Of a stretch of DNA of 64,000 nucleotides, positions 9,178 through 18,943 are shown one piece after another (position 1 is the stretch's first letter; each line of letters begins with the position of its first letter). The stretch covers positions 282,364-346,363 of the forward strand of contig JBBRPR010000001.1 of NCBI GenBank assembly GCA_038227875.1, read 5' to 3'. A model generated the notes under the pieces. That model was not told where the DNA came from. It saw only the letters and a list, made by a program, of their open reading frames with translations, and did no database searches. The stretch comes from Planctomycetota bacterium. Its GTDB lineage: Bacteria; Planctomycetota; SZUA-567; H5-PLA8. The position numbers were made by a program, and so were the translations under genes.

Positions 9178-10221
9178 TCAGCGCAGTCCTTCCTTCAACG
9201 CCCATTCTGCGCGCGCGCGGATCTCCGGGTCGACGTCCGTCAAACATGTCTCCAGCGCGGCTCGGCACTCGGGAGATTTCAGATTTCCGGCGACGGTGAT
9301 TGCGCCGAGGCGCATGCCTTTCACTCCCGAGCGCCGCAGGGCGCTGGACGGAAATGCGCGGTCGAAGGTTGCGGCGTCGATCACGATGCACTCGGCCAGC
9401 GTCAGTTTCTCCCACGGCAGCGGCGCGGCGAATTCGGGGTCGGGTTTGCCGACGCGGCGCGGCGCGTTGTAAGGGCAGACGGTCTGGCAGATGTCGCAGC
9501 CGGCGACCCACTCGCGCTGCTCGGCCCATGTCTCGGGAGCGGACTGGCCGCGCTGCTCGATGTTCCACGTCACGATGCAACGGTTGGCGTCGAGGACTCC
9601 GGGCGCGACGAGTGCCTGAGTCGGGCAGGCATCGAGACAGCGGGTGCATGTGCCGCAGTGCGGCAGGGACGGCGCGTCCGGTTGCGGCGTTGAATCCATG
9701 ATGATTTCAGAGATGAAAAAGTACGAACCCAGGCGCGGGTGGATCAGGCAGGAATTTTTTCCGATCCATCCCAGGCCCGCGGCTTCCGCCCAGGCACGTT
9801 CGAGCACCGGGCCGGTATCCGTGTACGTATGGGTGCAGGAACAGACGCCCGCTTTGCGCAGCGCCAGAGCCAGTTTCTTGACGCGCTTGTCGAAGACATT
9901 GTGGTAATCGCGTCCGCGCGCGTAACGTGCGACATGAGCGACAAGATCGCGTCCGGGTTCGCCGCGCGGCGCGCCATCATAAAAGGCGCCGAGTAACAGC
10001 ATCGAGCGCGCCCACGGAATCCGTTCGCGCAACTGCACGCGCACCGGCTGGCTTTGCAGCATGTACTCCAGCGGACCGTGATAGCCCTTCGCCAGCCAGC
10101 GCTCATACGCTTCCGCGCGCGGCGCTCGGCCGTCCTCGGGAATCAAGGCGATGCCGCTGAGCGCAAACCCGTGCTCCGCGGCCAGCGCTGTAGCCCGATC
10201 GTGTTGTTCCTGTGGGGACAT
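9178..10221 (-). CDS. queG: Epoxyqueuosine reductase
   Basis: ARYARGRDYH, DTGPVLER, GLGWIGKN, CGTCTRCLDACPT, GCDICQTVCPYN. Confidence 0.95.
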   Translation of the reverse strand: MSPQEQHDRATALAAEHGFALSGIALIPEDGRAPRAEAYERWLAKGYHGPLEYMLQSQPVRVQLRERIPWARSMLLLGAFYDGAPRGEPGRDLVAHVARYARGRDYHNVFDKRVKKLALALRKAGVCSCTHTYTDTGPVLERAWAEAAGLGWIGKNSCLIHPRLGSYFFISEIIMDSTPQPDAPSLPHCGTCTRCLDACPTQALVAPGVLDANRCIVTWNIEQRGQSAPETWAEQREWVAGCDICQTVCPYNAPRRVGKPDPEFAAPLPWEKLTLAECIVIDAATFDRAFPSSALRRSGVKGMRLGAITVAGNLKSPECRAALETCLTDVDPEIRARAEWALKEGLR

Positions 10222-10230
10222 GGACTCTGC

Positions 10231-13200
10231 CTAAGACGGGGCGGTTACCAACTGATGTAGCACGTCGAAGTCGAGCTGTTCGGCCGTGCGCGCGAGGAAT
10301 TTGGCGACAACGGGATGCGCAAGCTGAATGGAAGCGACAATCTCCAGCAGCGCCTGCGCGTCCAGCGTGCGGGTGGCGTAAGCAATGCGCTCGCGGGTCG
10401 GTGCATCCAGATCACGGAACTTCGCGGCGACTTCGTCGATGGTGACGGCGCGCGGTGCGAGTGCAGGTTTCTCGCGTCGTTCGTATTGCACGTTCAGGTA
10501 CTTCTCCAGGCAACTGAAGATGGCATCCTCGCGGTAGGGCTTGGGAAGGCAGTCGACGCAGCCGCAGGCGATGATGCGATCGCGGTCTTCTTCGAAAACG
10601 CTGGCGGTCAGCGCGACGATTTTCGTTTCCTGCTTCACGTCCTTCTGCCGGATCGTTCGGGTTGCCTGGTAGCCGTCGACCAGCGGCATATTCATGTCCA
10701 TCCAGATGAGTTGAGGCCGCCAGGATTCCCACGACGCGACGGCTTCTTCGCCGTTGGCGGCCTGGCGCGTTTCGAAGCCGGCCGAATTCAGCAGATCGGA
10801 GAGCAGGCTGCGGCTGTCGGCGTGGTCGTCGACGACGAGGATGCGCGGCGGCTTGCCGTCGTTGGCGCCAGAATCGAGGCGAAGGCGCACAATTTCGCCC
10901 GAGCTGGGCAGCACCGTCGGATGGTCCACTATTTTTGCGGTGATGGTGAACGTAAATGTGCTGCCAGTTCCTTCGCCGCTGCGCACATTAACCGTTCCGC
11001 CCATCAGTTCGACAAAGCCGCGGCTGATGGCTAGGCCCAGCCCGGCGCCGCCGCTGACGCGCCGGCCGCTTTCCGTCTGCGCAAACGGTTCGAAGAGCGC
11101 GGCCTGTTCGGCAGCGGAGATGCCGACTCCGGTGTCGGTGACTTCGAATTCCAACCGCGCCTGGGCGCCTCCGGAATCCGTGCGCGATTGCTGGCGCGCA
11201 CGCAGCATAATCGTGCCTGTTGTGGTGAATCGCACGGCGTTGGAGAGCAGGTTGAAGAGCACCTGCCGGAGTTTGCGCTGATCGGTCCGGATGAACTGCG
11301 GCAGGTTGCTGCCGATTTCCAGCACGAAGCGCAAGCCCTTTTCCTGGACGCGCAGGCCGAACATGCTCTCCAGGGAACGGAGCAATTCGAAGAGATCGAA
11401 GTCCACGGAGTCGAGCGTGGTGCGGCCGGCTTCGATCTTTGACATCGCCAGGATGTCGCTGATCAGGTCGAGCAGGTGTTCGCCGCTCTTGGAGATGGCG
11501 GAGATGGCCTGGTGATTCTTCTGGGTCAGATTCTCGTCGCGCTTGAGCAGGTGCGAGTAGCCGAGGATGGCGTTGAGCGGCGTGCGGATTTCGTGGGACA
11601 TGCTGGCGAGGAAGGTGCTCTTGGCGGCGTTGGCCGCTTCGGCAGCCTCCTTTGCGTCGCGCAAGGCTTCCTCGATGCGCATGCGTTCGGCGATCTCGCG
11701 GCGCAGCGCTTCGGTGCGTTGCCGGACGAGCTCCTCGAGATTGTTGCGGTGCTGTTCGAGCTCGGCTTCGACCCGCTTGCGTTCGGTGATGTCGATGCCG
11801 ACGCCGACGAGAAATGGTTTACCATCGAGCATGACTTTGGCGCCGGTGAGGAGGAACGGGATTTTACTGCCGTCCTTTCGCATTCCGAAGGCTTCGACCG
11901 CATCGGGGCCTTTTTCGAACACCAGCCGGGTTTTCTCGGCGACCCGCTCGCGGTCTTCGGGCGCAACCAGGTCCAGTGCATGGAGCGCCGCGTATTCGGA
12001 ATCCGCATAGCCGAAGACGTGACGGTGATTCTCGTTGACGCGCACAAATTTGCCATTCTGGTCGAGCAGGTAGAGGACGCCCGGCAGACTGTTGATCAGC
12101 GCGTTGGAGAAGTCGCGCTCCTGCTGGAGCAGGTCCTCGTTCATTTTGCGGATGGTGATGTCTTCGCAGACGCCGAGCACGCCGTAGATTTGTCCCGCGG
12201 CGTCGCGCAGCGGGGCCTTGGAGGTGCTGACCCAATGGCGCGAGCCATCGGACATTTCCACGTGTTCGATGATGCCGACTTGCGGCTTGCCCGCCGCGAT
12301 GACGCGCTGGTCGTCGTTGCGGTACTTTTCAGCGTCTTCACGGGGCCAGCGGAGATCGAAGTCCGTTTTGCCGATGACGTCGGCGCTGCTCTTCACCTGC
12401 GCAAGATTGATGAAGACCGAGTTGCAGCCCAGGTAGACGCCCTGCGTATCCTTCCACCAGATCTGGAGCGGTGCCGAATTGAGCACCTGCTCCAACATGG
12501 TCTGGCTAATCTTCAGCTCGCGCTCGGTGCGGGACCGTTCGGCGATTTCGGATTCCAGCCGCGTATTGACCGTGGTTTGTTCGGCGGAGCGCGCGCGAAG
12601 TTCCTCGACTTGCGCCTGAATCTGCTGCCCCATGCGCCCGAGGAGACTGGCGAAGGGCTTGAATTCGGCATAGGGGATTCGATCGGAAGCCGGCGCGTAG
12701 TCGCCGGCTGAGTAGGCGTTAACGACCTGCGAGAGTTCGTCGAGCGGAACTCGCAGGTAGGTACGGATCAAGAGGCGTGTGGTGATAAAGATGGTCAGAA
12801 TGACGAACATGCAGACGAACGCGGACACGCCGGCCTGATGCCAGGCGGGGTCGACGTAACTGGAGCGCGAGAATGAGACGGTGACTTCACCGAGCAACTT
12901 GTCCTTGTGGGTGACGGGCGCGGTGCGATGGATGGCATCCGAAGTATCGCCGCGGGAGATGGCGATGAGCTGCTTGCCGGAGGATTCGCGCACGTTCAGT
13001 TCGATCACGCGGGGATCGTCGAGAAAGACGTTGCCGATCAGCACCGCACGGTCGGTATCGAAATCCCAGAGAGGCCGATCGAGCAGTTGGGCCAGCGAGG
13101 CGACGGATTTGGTCGCATCGCGTTCCAGGGCCTCGCGGCCCTTGTCTGTCTGCACCAGCGCGAGAATCACGATGGTGATGGCGGAGACGATACCCACGGC

Positions 13201-13263
13201 CAGCGTCAAGGCGACGGTCAGCCGCTGGAGGATGGAATATGATTTCCCGGAAACGGACGTCAT
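10231..13263 (-). CDS. Membrane hybrid sensor histidine kinase (TM-sensor-TM, 2 PAS, HisKA, HATPase, REC)
   Basis: SHEIRTPLN H-box, NLLSNAV, DTGVG, GAGLGL, C-terminal REC (ILVVDD...MDMNMP). Confidence 0.93.
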   Translation of the reverse strand: MTSVSGKSYSILQRLTVALTLAVGIVSAITIVILALVQTDKGREALERDATKSVASLAQLLDRPLWDFDTDRAVLIGNVFLDDPRVIELNVRESSGKQLIAISRGDTSDAIHRTAPVTHKDKLLGEVTVSFSRSSYVDPAWHQAGVSAFVCMFVILTIFITTRLLIRTYLRVPLDELSQVVNAYSAGDYAPASDRIPYAEFKPFASLLGRMGQQIQAQVEELRARSAEQTTVNTRLESEIAERSRTERELKISQTMLEQVLNSAPLQIWWKDTQGVYLGCNSVFINLAQVKSSADVIGKTDFDLRWPREDAEKYRNDDQRVIAAGKPQVGIIEHVEMSDGSRHWVSTSKAPLRDAAGQIYGVLGVCEDITIRKMNEDLLQQERDFSNALINSLPGVLYLLDQNGKFVRVNENHRHVFGYADSEYAALHALDLVAPEDRERVAEKTRLVFEKGPDAVEAFGMRKDGSKIPFLLTGAKVMLDGKPFLVGVGIDITERKRVEAELEQHRNNLEELVRQRTEALRREIAERMRIEEALRDAKEAAEAANAAKSTFLASMSHEIRTPLNAILGYSHLLKRDENLTQKNHQAISAISKSGEHLLDLISDILAMSKIEAGRTTLDSVDFDLFELLRSLESMFGLRVQEKGLRFVLEIGSNLPQFIRTDQRKLRQVLFNLLSNAVRFTTTGTIMLRARQQSRTDSGGAQARLEFEVTDTGVGISAAEQAALFEPFAQTESGRRVSGGAGLGLAISRGFVELMGGTVNVRSGEGTGSTFTFTITAKIVDHPTVLPSSGEIVRLRLDSGANDGKPPRILVVDDHADSRSLLSDLLNSAGFETRQAANGEEAVASWESWRPQLIWMDMNMPLVDGYQATRTIRQKDVKQETKIVALTASVFEEDRDRIIACGCVDCLPKPYREDAIFSCLEKYLNVQYERREKPALAPRAVTIDEVAAKFRDLDAPTRERIAYATRTLDAQALLEIVASIQLAHPVVAKFLARTAEQLDFDVLHQLVTAPS

Positions 13264-14093
13264 GGTTTGGCATCTTTCGCGGGTTCAATTGGTGCGGGAG
13301 GGGCGGGCTTTTTCTCGAGTTTGGCGATGTCCTGACGGGCCAGGTTCACCCACTTGGTCTCAATGGCCTTGAGGGTGCCGTCTTCGGAAATGAGTTTCAT
13401 GCCGGCGTTGAATTTTTCCAGCGCCCACAGCCCCTGTTTGTGCTTGCGGCTGAAACCGATGAAGGAATCGAGCGTGCCGCTGCGGAGCGCAGGTACGAGT
13501 TTGCCGGTGGCGCCGATGGGGGCCAGGAGGAATTCCGCGGGCTTGGTTTCGTTGTAGTTGATCAGCGCCAGGTCGAGGCGGTTGTCGGCGAGTTTTTTCA
13601 GGTTCAGCTCTTCGGAGGTGGAGCTCTCGAAGACGATCGTGCCCTGCTCTTTGAGCGCGTAAACGGAGGGCGGGTACTCGTAGCCTTCCACCGTGCCGAC
13701 GCGCGTGCCGCGTGGCAGGTCGGGGGAACCTTTTGTCACGACCGGCTTGTTGACGTTTTGAAAGTAATCGGAGTAGCAGACGAAGAGGGGCTTGTCGGCG
13801 AAGGCGACGGTGTCGGCGAGCTCCGGCACTTTGGACATGCTGAAGCAGCCGGCGACTTCGCCTTCGACGACGAGGTGCTTGCACCGGGCGTAGGGCATGA
13901 CCGTCAACTTGGCGTCGACACCGACGGCTTTAAAGGCCGCGACCACGACTTCGTTGGCGTAGCCGGAGCCGTCCTTTCGGGACCATGGGGCGGCATCGTC
14001 TTCGGCGGCGAGCTCCACGGTTTCCGCGGCGGAGGCGTACCGGGCTAGCGTGGCGGCGAGGATCAGGGATAGGAGCAGTAGGGGGCGATGCAT
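13260..14093 (-). CDS. Family-3-like periplasmic substrate-binding protein, coupled to the kinase
   Basis: Signal peptide, APWS..DGSG, MPYAR, GTVEGYEY, DGTLKAI; 4-bp overlap with the kinase start. Confidence 0.85.
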   Translation of the reverse strand: MHRPLLLLSLILAATLARYASAAETVELAAEDDAAPWSRKDGSGYANEVVVAAFKAVGVDAKLTVMPYARCKHLVVEGEVAGCFSMSKVPELADTVAFADKPLFVCYSDYFQNVNKPVVTKGSPDLPRGTRVGTVEGYEYPPSVYALKEQGTIVFESSTSEELNLKKLADNRLDLALINYNETKPAEFLLAPIGATGKLVPALRSGTLDSFIGFSRKHKQGLWALEKFNAGMKLISEDGTLKAIETKWVNLARQDIAKLEKKPAPPAPIEPAKDAKP

Positions 14094-14111
14094 AGTGTGT
14101 CTTCCCACGGT

Positions 14112-14153
14112 GATGTGACAAAATGTTACATAATGTTACGCGAAATGGGGGCT
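14112..14153. promoter_or_regulatory. Three-fold 10-bp-period direct repeat (ATGTNACA), also present at 63614-63656
   Basis: GATGTGACAAAATGTTACATAATGTTACGCGAAATGGGGGCT. Confidence 0.55.
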
Positions 14154-14362
14154 GAATTCTCACTTTGGTTTGAATCTAATTCCGGAACGTGCCCTCACGG
14201 AGGAAGCCGGCGGGATGGAATTTTTCAGTGGGCTGCGGTGTGTGGGTGGAGTTGGGCATGGAGATGCCTCTGCAAAGGTGAATGGTGGCACATTACCGGA
14301 ATCGCTGGCGGAATCAATATACCCGGGCGCGGTAGGGCTGGAGACGGTGGATCGGCATGATT

Positions 14363-14481
14363 ACGAGCATCGCATATTTCCTAATTGTATTAAGCAACTC
14401 TCGAACCCAAAAGTCAAGTGTTAATTTATAAATTAAGTAAAAAGATTTTATAATACATGATGTGCAGTAGCGCGCGAGGTG
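14363..14481. repeat. About 120-bp AT-rich module, copy 1
   Basis: 36-bp core 14438-14473 identical to 14751-14786; CAAAAGTCAAGT and ACGAGCAT..CATATTTCC also shared. Confidence 0.85.
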
Positions 14482-14674
14482 CGTGCTTGATGCGGGAGAT
14501 TTCAGCGGCAGGTCGTGGACCTTTCTTTTGCGTTCTGTGGGGCTGTGGAAGGGTTGGGTGACCATTTGGGAGTCCGAGTCGGCTCGGGGCGGGGGAATCA
14601 CCTACAGTGCGACTGGACGCGATTTTGAGGCATGCCTGGAAGCAACGGGCTCGGGATGTGGATTGATACCAAAA

Positions 14675-14794
14675 ACGAGCATGTCATATTTCCCTATAGT
14701 ATATAAGCGGTGATTTAATGCAAAAGTCAAGTAATTTCGGTAAAATTAGTTAAAAAGATTTTATAATACATGATGTGCAGTAGCGCACGAGGTG
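14675..14794. repeat. About 120-bp AT-rich module, copy 2
   Basis: Direct repeat of 14363-14481 at about 313-bp offset. Confidence 0.85.
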
Positions 14795-14994
14795 TGCGCG
14801 GAGCGCGCTGACGCGCGAAGGGTCAGGGGCCAGGGGGTGGTGAGACCGTGCCACCCGCCCATACTCTCTTCGGCGTGACGAGGATTGGAGTCAGGTAAAC
14901 GGTCTTCGTATGAACCGATTTGACGCGCGGCCCATCAAGCCTGCGCAACGTACAGCGTTACCGGGCAGCGCGAGAAATGCGTTCGATAGTTCGG

Positions 14995-15075
14995 GCATAC
15001 AGCCCTTCAGGAGTTGTCGGGCGACTTTTCCCAGGGCGTTGCCCTGGGCTGGTATAGCGGCGGGCCATTGGCCCT
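14995..15075. repeat. REP-like palindromic element
   Basis: CCCAGGGCGTTGCCCTGGGCT core (15030-15050) with flanking GCCCTTCAGG and GGGCCATTGGCCC. Confidence 0.7.
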
Positions 15076-15120
15076 TTTTGGTGTGGGTAGGCTCTTCATC
15101 GATGTGGCCAGTGGCTACTC

Positions 15121-15525
15121 CTACTTCGCTGGCGCGTCCGCGGCCGGAGCTTTCGGCGTCATTCGGACCATCACCGTCTTCAGCTTCAATGCACACTCTT
15201 CGGGATTGGGATTGTCCGCACGCACGGCAGCCAGCGCATGATCGATGGCCTTGTCGACCGAGGTCCACGCCGTCTCCGACTTTGGCCGCATCGCCGCTTC
15301 CGCGTCGTCCCAGGCTTTCTCCAGATCCTTGATTCGGATCTTGGCGGCGGCCATATCCTTTTTCTCGACGATGGCCAGCGTGTCCTCGGCGATCTTCTTG
15401 AATTCGCTTAAATCGCCGAGCGCCGTCACATCCGCGCTGCCGCCACCGGCGCTCACTTTTTTGGCTTTGCCGCAACCGGCCAACACACTCAGCATTACTA
15501 CTGCAAACAGGGCAGGCTTGAACAT
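15121..15525 (-). CDS. Small helical lipoprotein of unknown function
   Basis: Lipobox LAGC; LGDLSEFKKIAEDTL...RIKDLEKAWDDAE helical domain; ATG overlaps the secDF stop (TAATG). Confidence 0.8.
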   Translation of the reverse strand: MFKPALFAVVMLSVLAGCGKAKKVSAGGGSADVTALGDLSEFKKIAEDTLAIVEKKDMAAAKIRIKDLEKAWDDAEAAMRPKSETAWTSVDKAIDHALAAVRADNPNPEECALKLKTVMVRMTPKAPAADAPAK

Positions 15526-17341
15526 TATTTCTCTCCAAGTGCGGGGACCGGCGCGGACGGCGCCGTTGAGGTCAGGCTGTACCAAATGGGACAAACGATG
15601 AAGATCGACGAATATGCGCCACAGATCAGTCCCAGCAGAATAGCCAGCGCGAACATCTGCAGCGGTTCGCAGCCCAGGAACAACAGCGCCGCCGAAGCCA
15701 CAACCACGGTGAAGACTGTATACAAGGAGCGTGACATCGTCTGCCAGATGCTCAGTCGGATCACGCGGAGCAGGTTTTCGTGAGGCAGGAGCGCCCGGTT
15801 CTCGCGCAGACGGTCGAAGATCACGATCTTGTCGTTGATCGAGTAGCCCATCACTGTCAGGATCGCTGCAATGAACGTGACGTCAACCTCCAGCTTGAAC
15901 AGCGCGAACAATCCCACCACGACGAGCATGTCGTGAATCAACGCAAGGATCGTGGCCAGGCCCGTCTGCCATGAGAAACGCCATGAGATGAAGATCAGAA
16001 TCCCAAGTGCCGAAATCACAATCGACTGAATGGCCTTTACGCCCAGTTCGCGAGCCACGCCGGGATCGGACGTGTTCTCTTCGTAGGCGACCTTCTCTCC
16101 GTAGGTCTTTTTGAAAGCGTTGACGGCCCGGTGCAGATCGTCCGGTGTCAGCACATCGTCGAAACGCGCCGCGACGTGATCGTTCTCATTGCCGCCGATG
16201 GCCACCGTCGCCGCGGGCACACCCGCGTCGAGGAAAATCTGTTCGGCCTTGTGCTGCTCGATGCTTGCGCCGACATCGAGATCCAGCGCCGTGCCGGCCG
16301 TGAAATCGATGTCCCAGTTGAAGCCGTGCGCGGAATAACCCCATGCGCCGGCCAGGAGAATGGCCAACGACAGCGCCGCCGCGCGCCATCGCGTCTTGAC
16401 GAAGTCGTAGGACCGCTCGGGCGATTCATGGAGGTTGGTCGAGAAGAAAGCACCCGCCGGGATCGCGCCACTGTTCACCAGCAGACCCAGCAGCCAGTGC
16501 GACAGGAACACATTCGTGACCAGGCTGATCGCGATGCTGGCGATCATGCTTAAGGAAAATCCCTGAATGGGGCCGATGCCCACGGCATAGAGCACGATCA
16601 GCGCGATGCAGGCCGTGATGTTCGCGTCCAGGATCGTGCGCAGCGAGCCTGAAAACCCCAAGTGCACCGCCGCGTTCAAGCGCTTCCCGGAACGCAGCAC
16701 TTCCTTGATGCGCTCGAACGCAATGATGCTCGCGTCGGCCGCCATGCCGATACCCAGCACAACGCGACGACGGCGGAGAGCGAGAGCGTGGCGTGGATCA
16801 GATTGAAGAGCACCAGCATCAACCACAGATGCGTCGCGAGCATTGCCACTGAGACGAGACCGGCGAGGCGGTACATCGCGATCATGAACAGCAGCACCAA
16901 CATCGCACCTGCCACGCCGGCGGTAAGCGTTTCTTTGAGCGCTGTCGCGCCGAGCACCCCGCCGACGGTCTGGGTGTAGCGCTCGACGAGTTTCACCGGC
17001 ATCGCTTCCGGCCCGCTCAGGATTTCGCGAATCTGGTCCCTGGTTGACAGTCCGGCAATTTTGATCCGAATGCGATTGGCGCCTTCCAGCGCGATTTCCG
17101 GCTCAGCCATGCCCAGTGAGTTTGCGCGGCGCTCGAGAATCGCCGCTGCGGCGATGAGTTCGTCGCGTGTCGGCGGCTTGCCCGAGGCGAGCGGTTCGGC
17201 CGCATACAGAATTTCGTAGCCGCCGTTGAACTCAAGCCCCAAGCGAATGTGCTTGAGCAGCCAATTGGAACTCAGGCCCATCGCACACACCAGGGTTGAG
17301 ATCGCCAGCAGCGCGAGAATCAGTCCGCGATTTTTGTCCAT
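15525..17341 (-). pseudogene. secDF: Fused SecD/SecF protein with a 1-nt frameshift near 16761 (pseudogene or sequence error)
   Basis: ORF 16676..17341 has LGLEFNGG, ILERRANSLGMAEPEI; ORF 15525..16826 has LGIGMAADASIIAFERIKE, DFTAGT, GYSINDKIVIFDRLREN; adding one base at GCG TT- GTG joins them. Confidence 0.88.
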
Positions 17342-17562
17342 TCGTGCCTCCGCGCTTTTGAGACACGATATTGTCCATGATCTTCGAAAAAATCTTCATT
17401 CATTACAGCGATGTAATTAGGTCGTGCGGCACCGGCCTTGATAGTCCGGTGTCATCATCGCCCTATTTCCGAACGTAAGTTAGGAATCTGAAAATTGCCT
17501 GAAAGCGGACTCGGACGCTGGTTACTCGAACTTCCGAAGGCATAAAAAGCGCGGAGTCAATG

Positions 17563-18564
17563 TTATTGCTTTTCAAATTTCAGAGTCTTTACACACGTGT
17601 CGGATGTATCTGGAAAACCATCCCAATCCTCCGGTGCTCTGGCGCTGATCATCAGCATGGCACTTTCGCCTTTGATGAAATAGAAATTTAACTGCGTTTT
17701 GGCGCTTTTGTTGTGCCCGCGAATTCGGACGGCGCGATCGCCTGAATCCAATTTTAGTTCCGATTGCTCCAATTTTTCGACCTCTGGATGCGATTGGGTC
17801 GCGTTGGTCCACACCTGCGTAGCGTAGTCATTCAGGCTCAAGTTGGATTTCTCATCCACGAATGTCATGCGCACGACGGTTTTGTCGACGATGGGGCCGT
17901 AAACGGCTTTGTATTCGTAGTTCGGAGCGTTGCGAAGTTCCCATTTCTCCGGCGGTACAAAGGAGTAGTGTCCTTTGCTTTCCACGTACCGTGCGCCGGG
18001 TTCAAGCTTGATGGAAATCGGTGTCTTGTCGGAACCGGGCTTTTCGTGAACAAATGTTTTCACGCTTGCAGCAAGGGTTTCCTCACTGGTGGTGTCGTCC
18101 ACCAATGTGGAACAACAAATAATCCAACGTCGATGGTCAATGCCATCCAGCATGTAATACGACTGCTGCACCTTGATATTGTTTTGTTCATTCGAGGTGA
18201 TTACCGCCACCGCAGTGGAGCCCGAGTTGAGTTTGAGTTCAAATCGTTTCAATAATTTAAAGTGTGGTGTTGCCAATTCGACGGCAACCATGTTCCGATC
18301 CACGTAGGAATCAAGTGATTCGCCGTTATTGATCGGGTAATCTGAAAACACAACGTTCGGAGAGAAGCCATTTTTACGCTCGCCCTTCAGGGCCTTGTAT
18401 TTTGAGCCCGGAAATTCAACCTCCTTCCATCCCTTGGGAGGCTGAATTGAGAAACCACCGCGGTCATCCCTAATTTTATCGTCAAGGGTTCCGGCTAGCT
18501 CGGTGGCGGAGCAGGAAAAACAGACGACAATCAGAAGTGTGGAAATCTTTACGTAAGTTAACAC
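17563..18564 (-). CDS. Secreted protein with two tandem PsbP/DUF1795-like domains
   Basis: Signal peptide; repeated (G/H)(F/Y)SxxPPxxW...YKAxxG units; visibly lower GC. Confidence 0.65.
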   Translation of the reverse strand: MLTYVKISTLLIVVCFSCSATELAGTLDDKIRDDRGGFSIQPPKGWKEVEFPGSKYKALKGERKNGFSPNVVFSDYPINNGESLDSYVDRNMVAVELATPHFKLLKRFELKLNSGSTAVAVITSNEQNNIKVQQSYYMLDGIDHRRWIICCSTLVDDTTSEETLAASVKTFVHEKPGSDKTPISIKLEPGARYVESKGHYSFVPPEKWELRNAPNYEYKAVYGPIVDKTVVRMTFVDEKSNLSLNDYATQVWTNATQSHPEVEKLEQSELKLDSGDRAVRIRGHNKSAKTQLNFYFIKGESAMLMISARAPEDWDGFPDTSDTCVKTLKFEKQ

Positions 18565-18943
18565 GTAATAGTCCTCATCACGTGGATCAATAATTCATCT
18601 GGACGCTGGAGAGATGATAGTGGGATAAAAGGGGACGGACTACCAAAATTCCCGCGCGGCCAAATGGGCCTTTGACCCTGGATTGATGGTGACGGGTTGC
18701 GCGGGACAACGCGTTGAATGCGGGGCGTAGCGGAGATTTTTTCAGGTAGTGGATGGATCTTCCGGGTTTGAAATTCTCAAATTTGAAAAACTCGTCCGAC
18801 GCTTCATTCAAAAATTAAAAGCGCGCGATTGATTGGGGCGGCTTCCACGTTAAACTGCGCGTCTGACCCAGGCTCGACGCCGATGGGTGAAGAATTTATT
18901 CTTCGAACCGTGCACGCTGATTTATCAGCACAAGGAAGTCCCG

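Noticed and set aside
14363..14794. 36-bp identical repeats as a CRISPR array
   Set aside because: Only two copies, about 277 bp between cores, no cas genes
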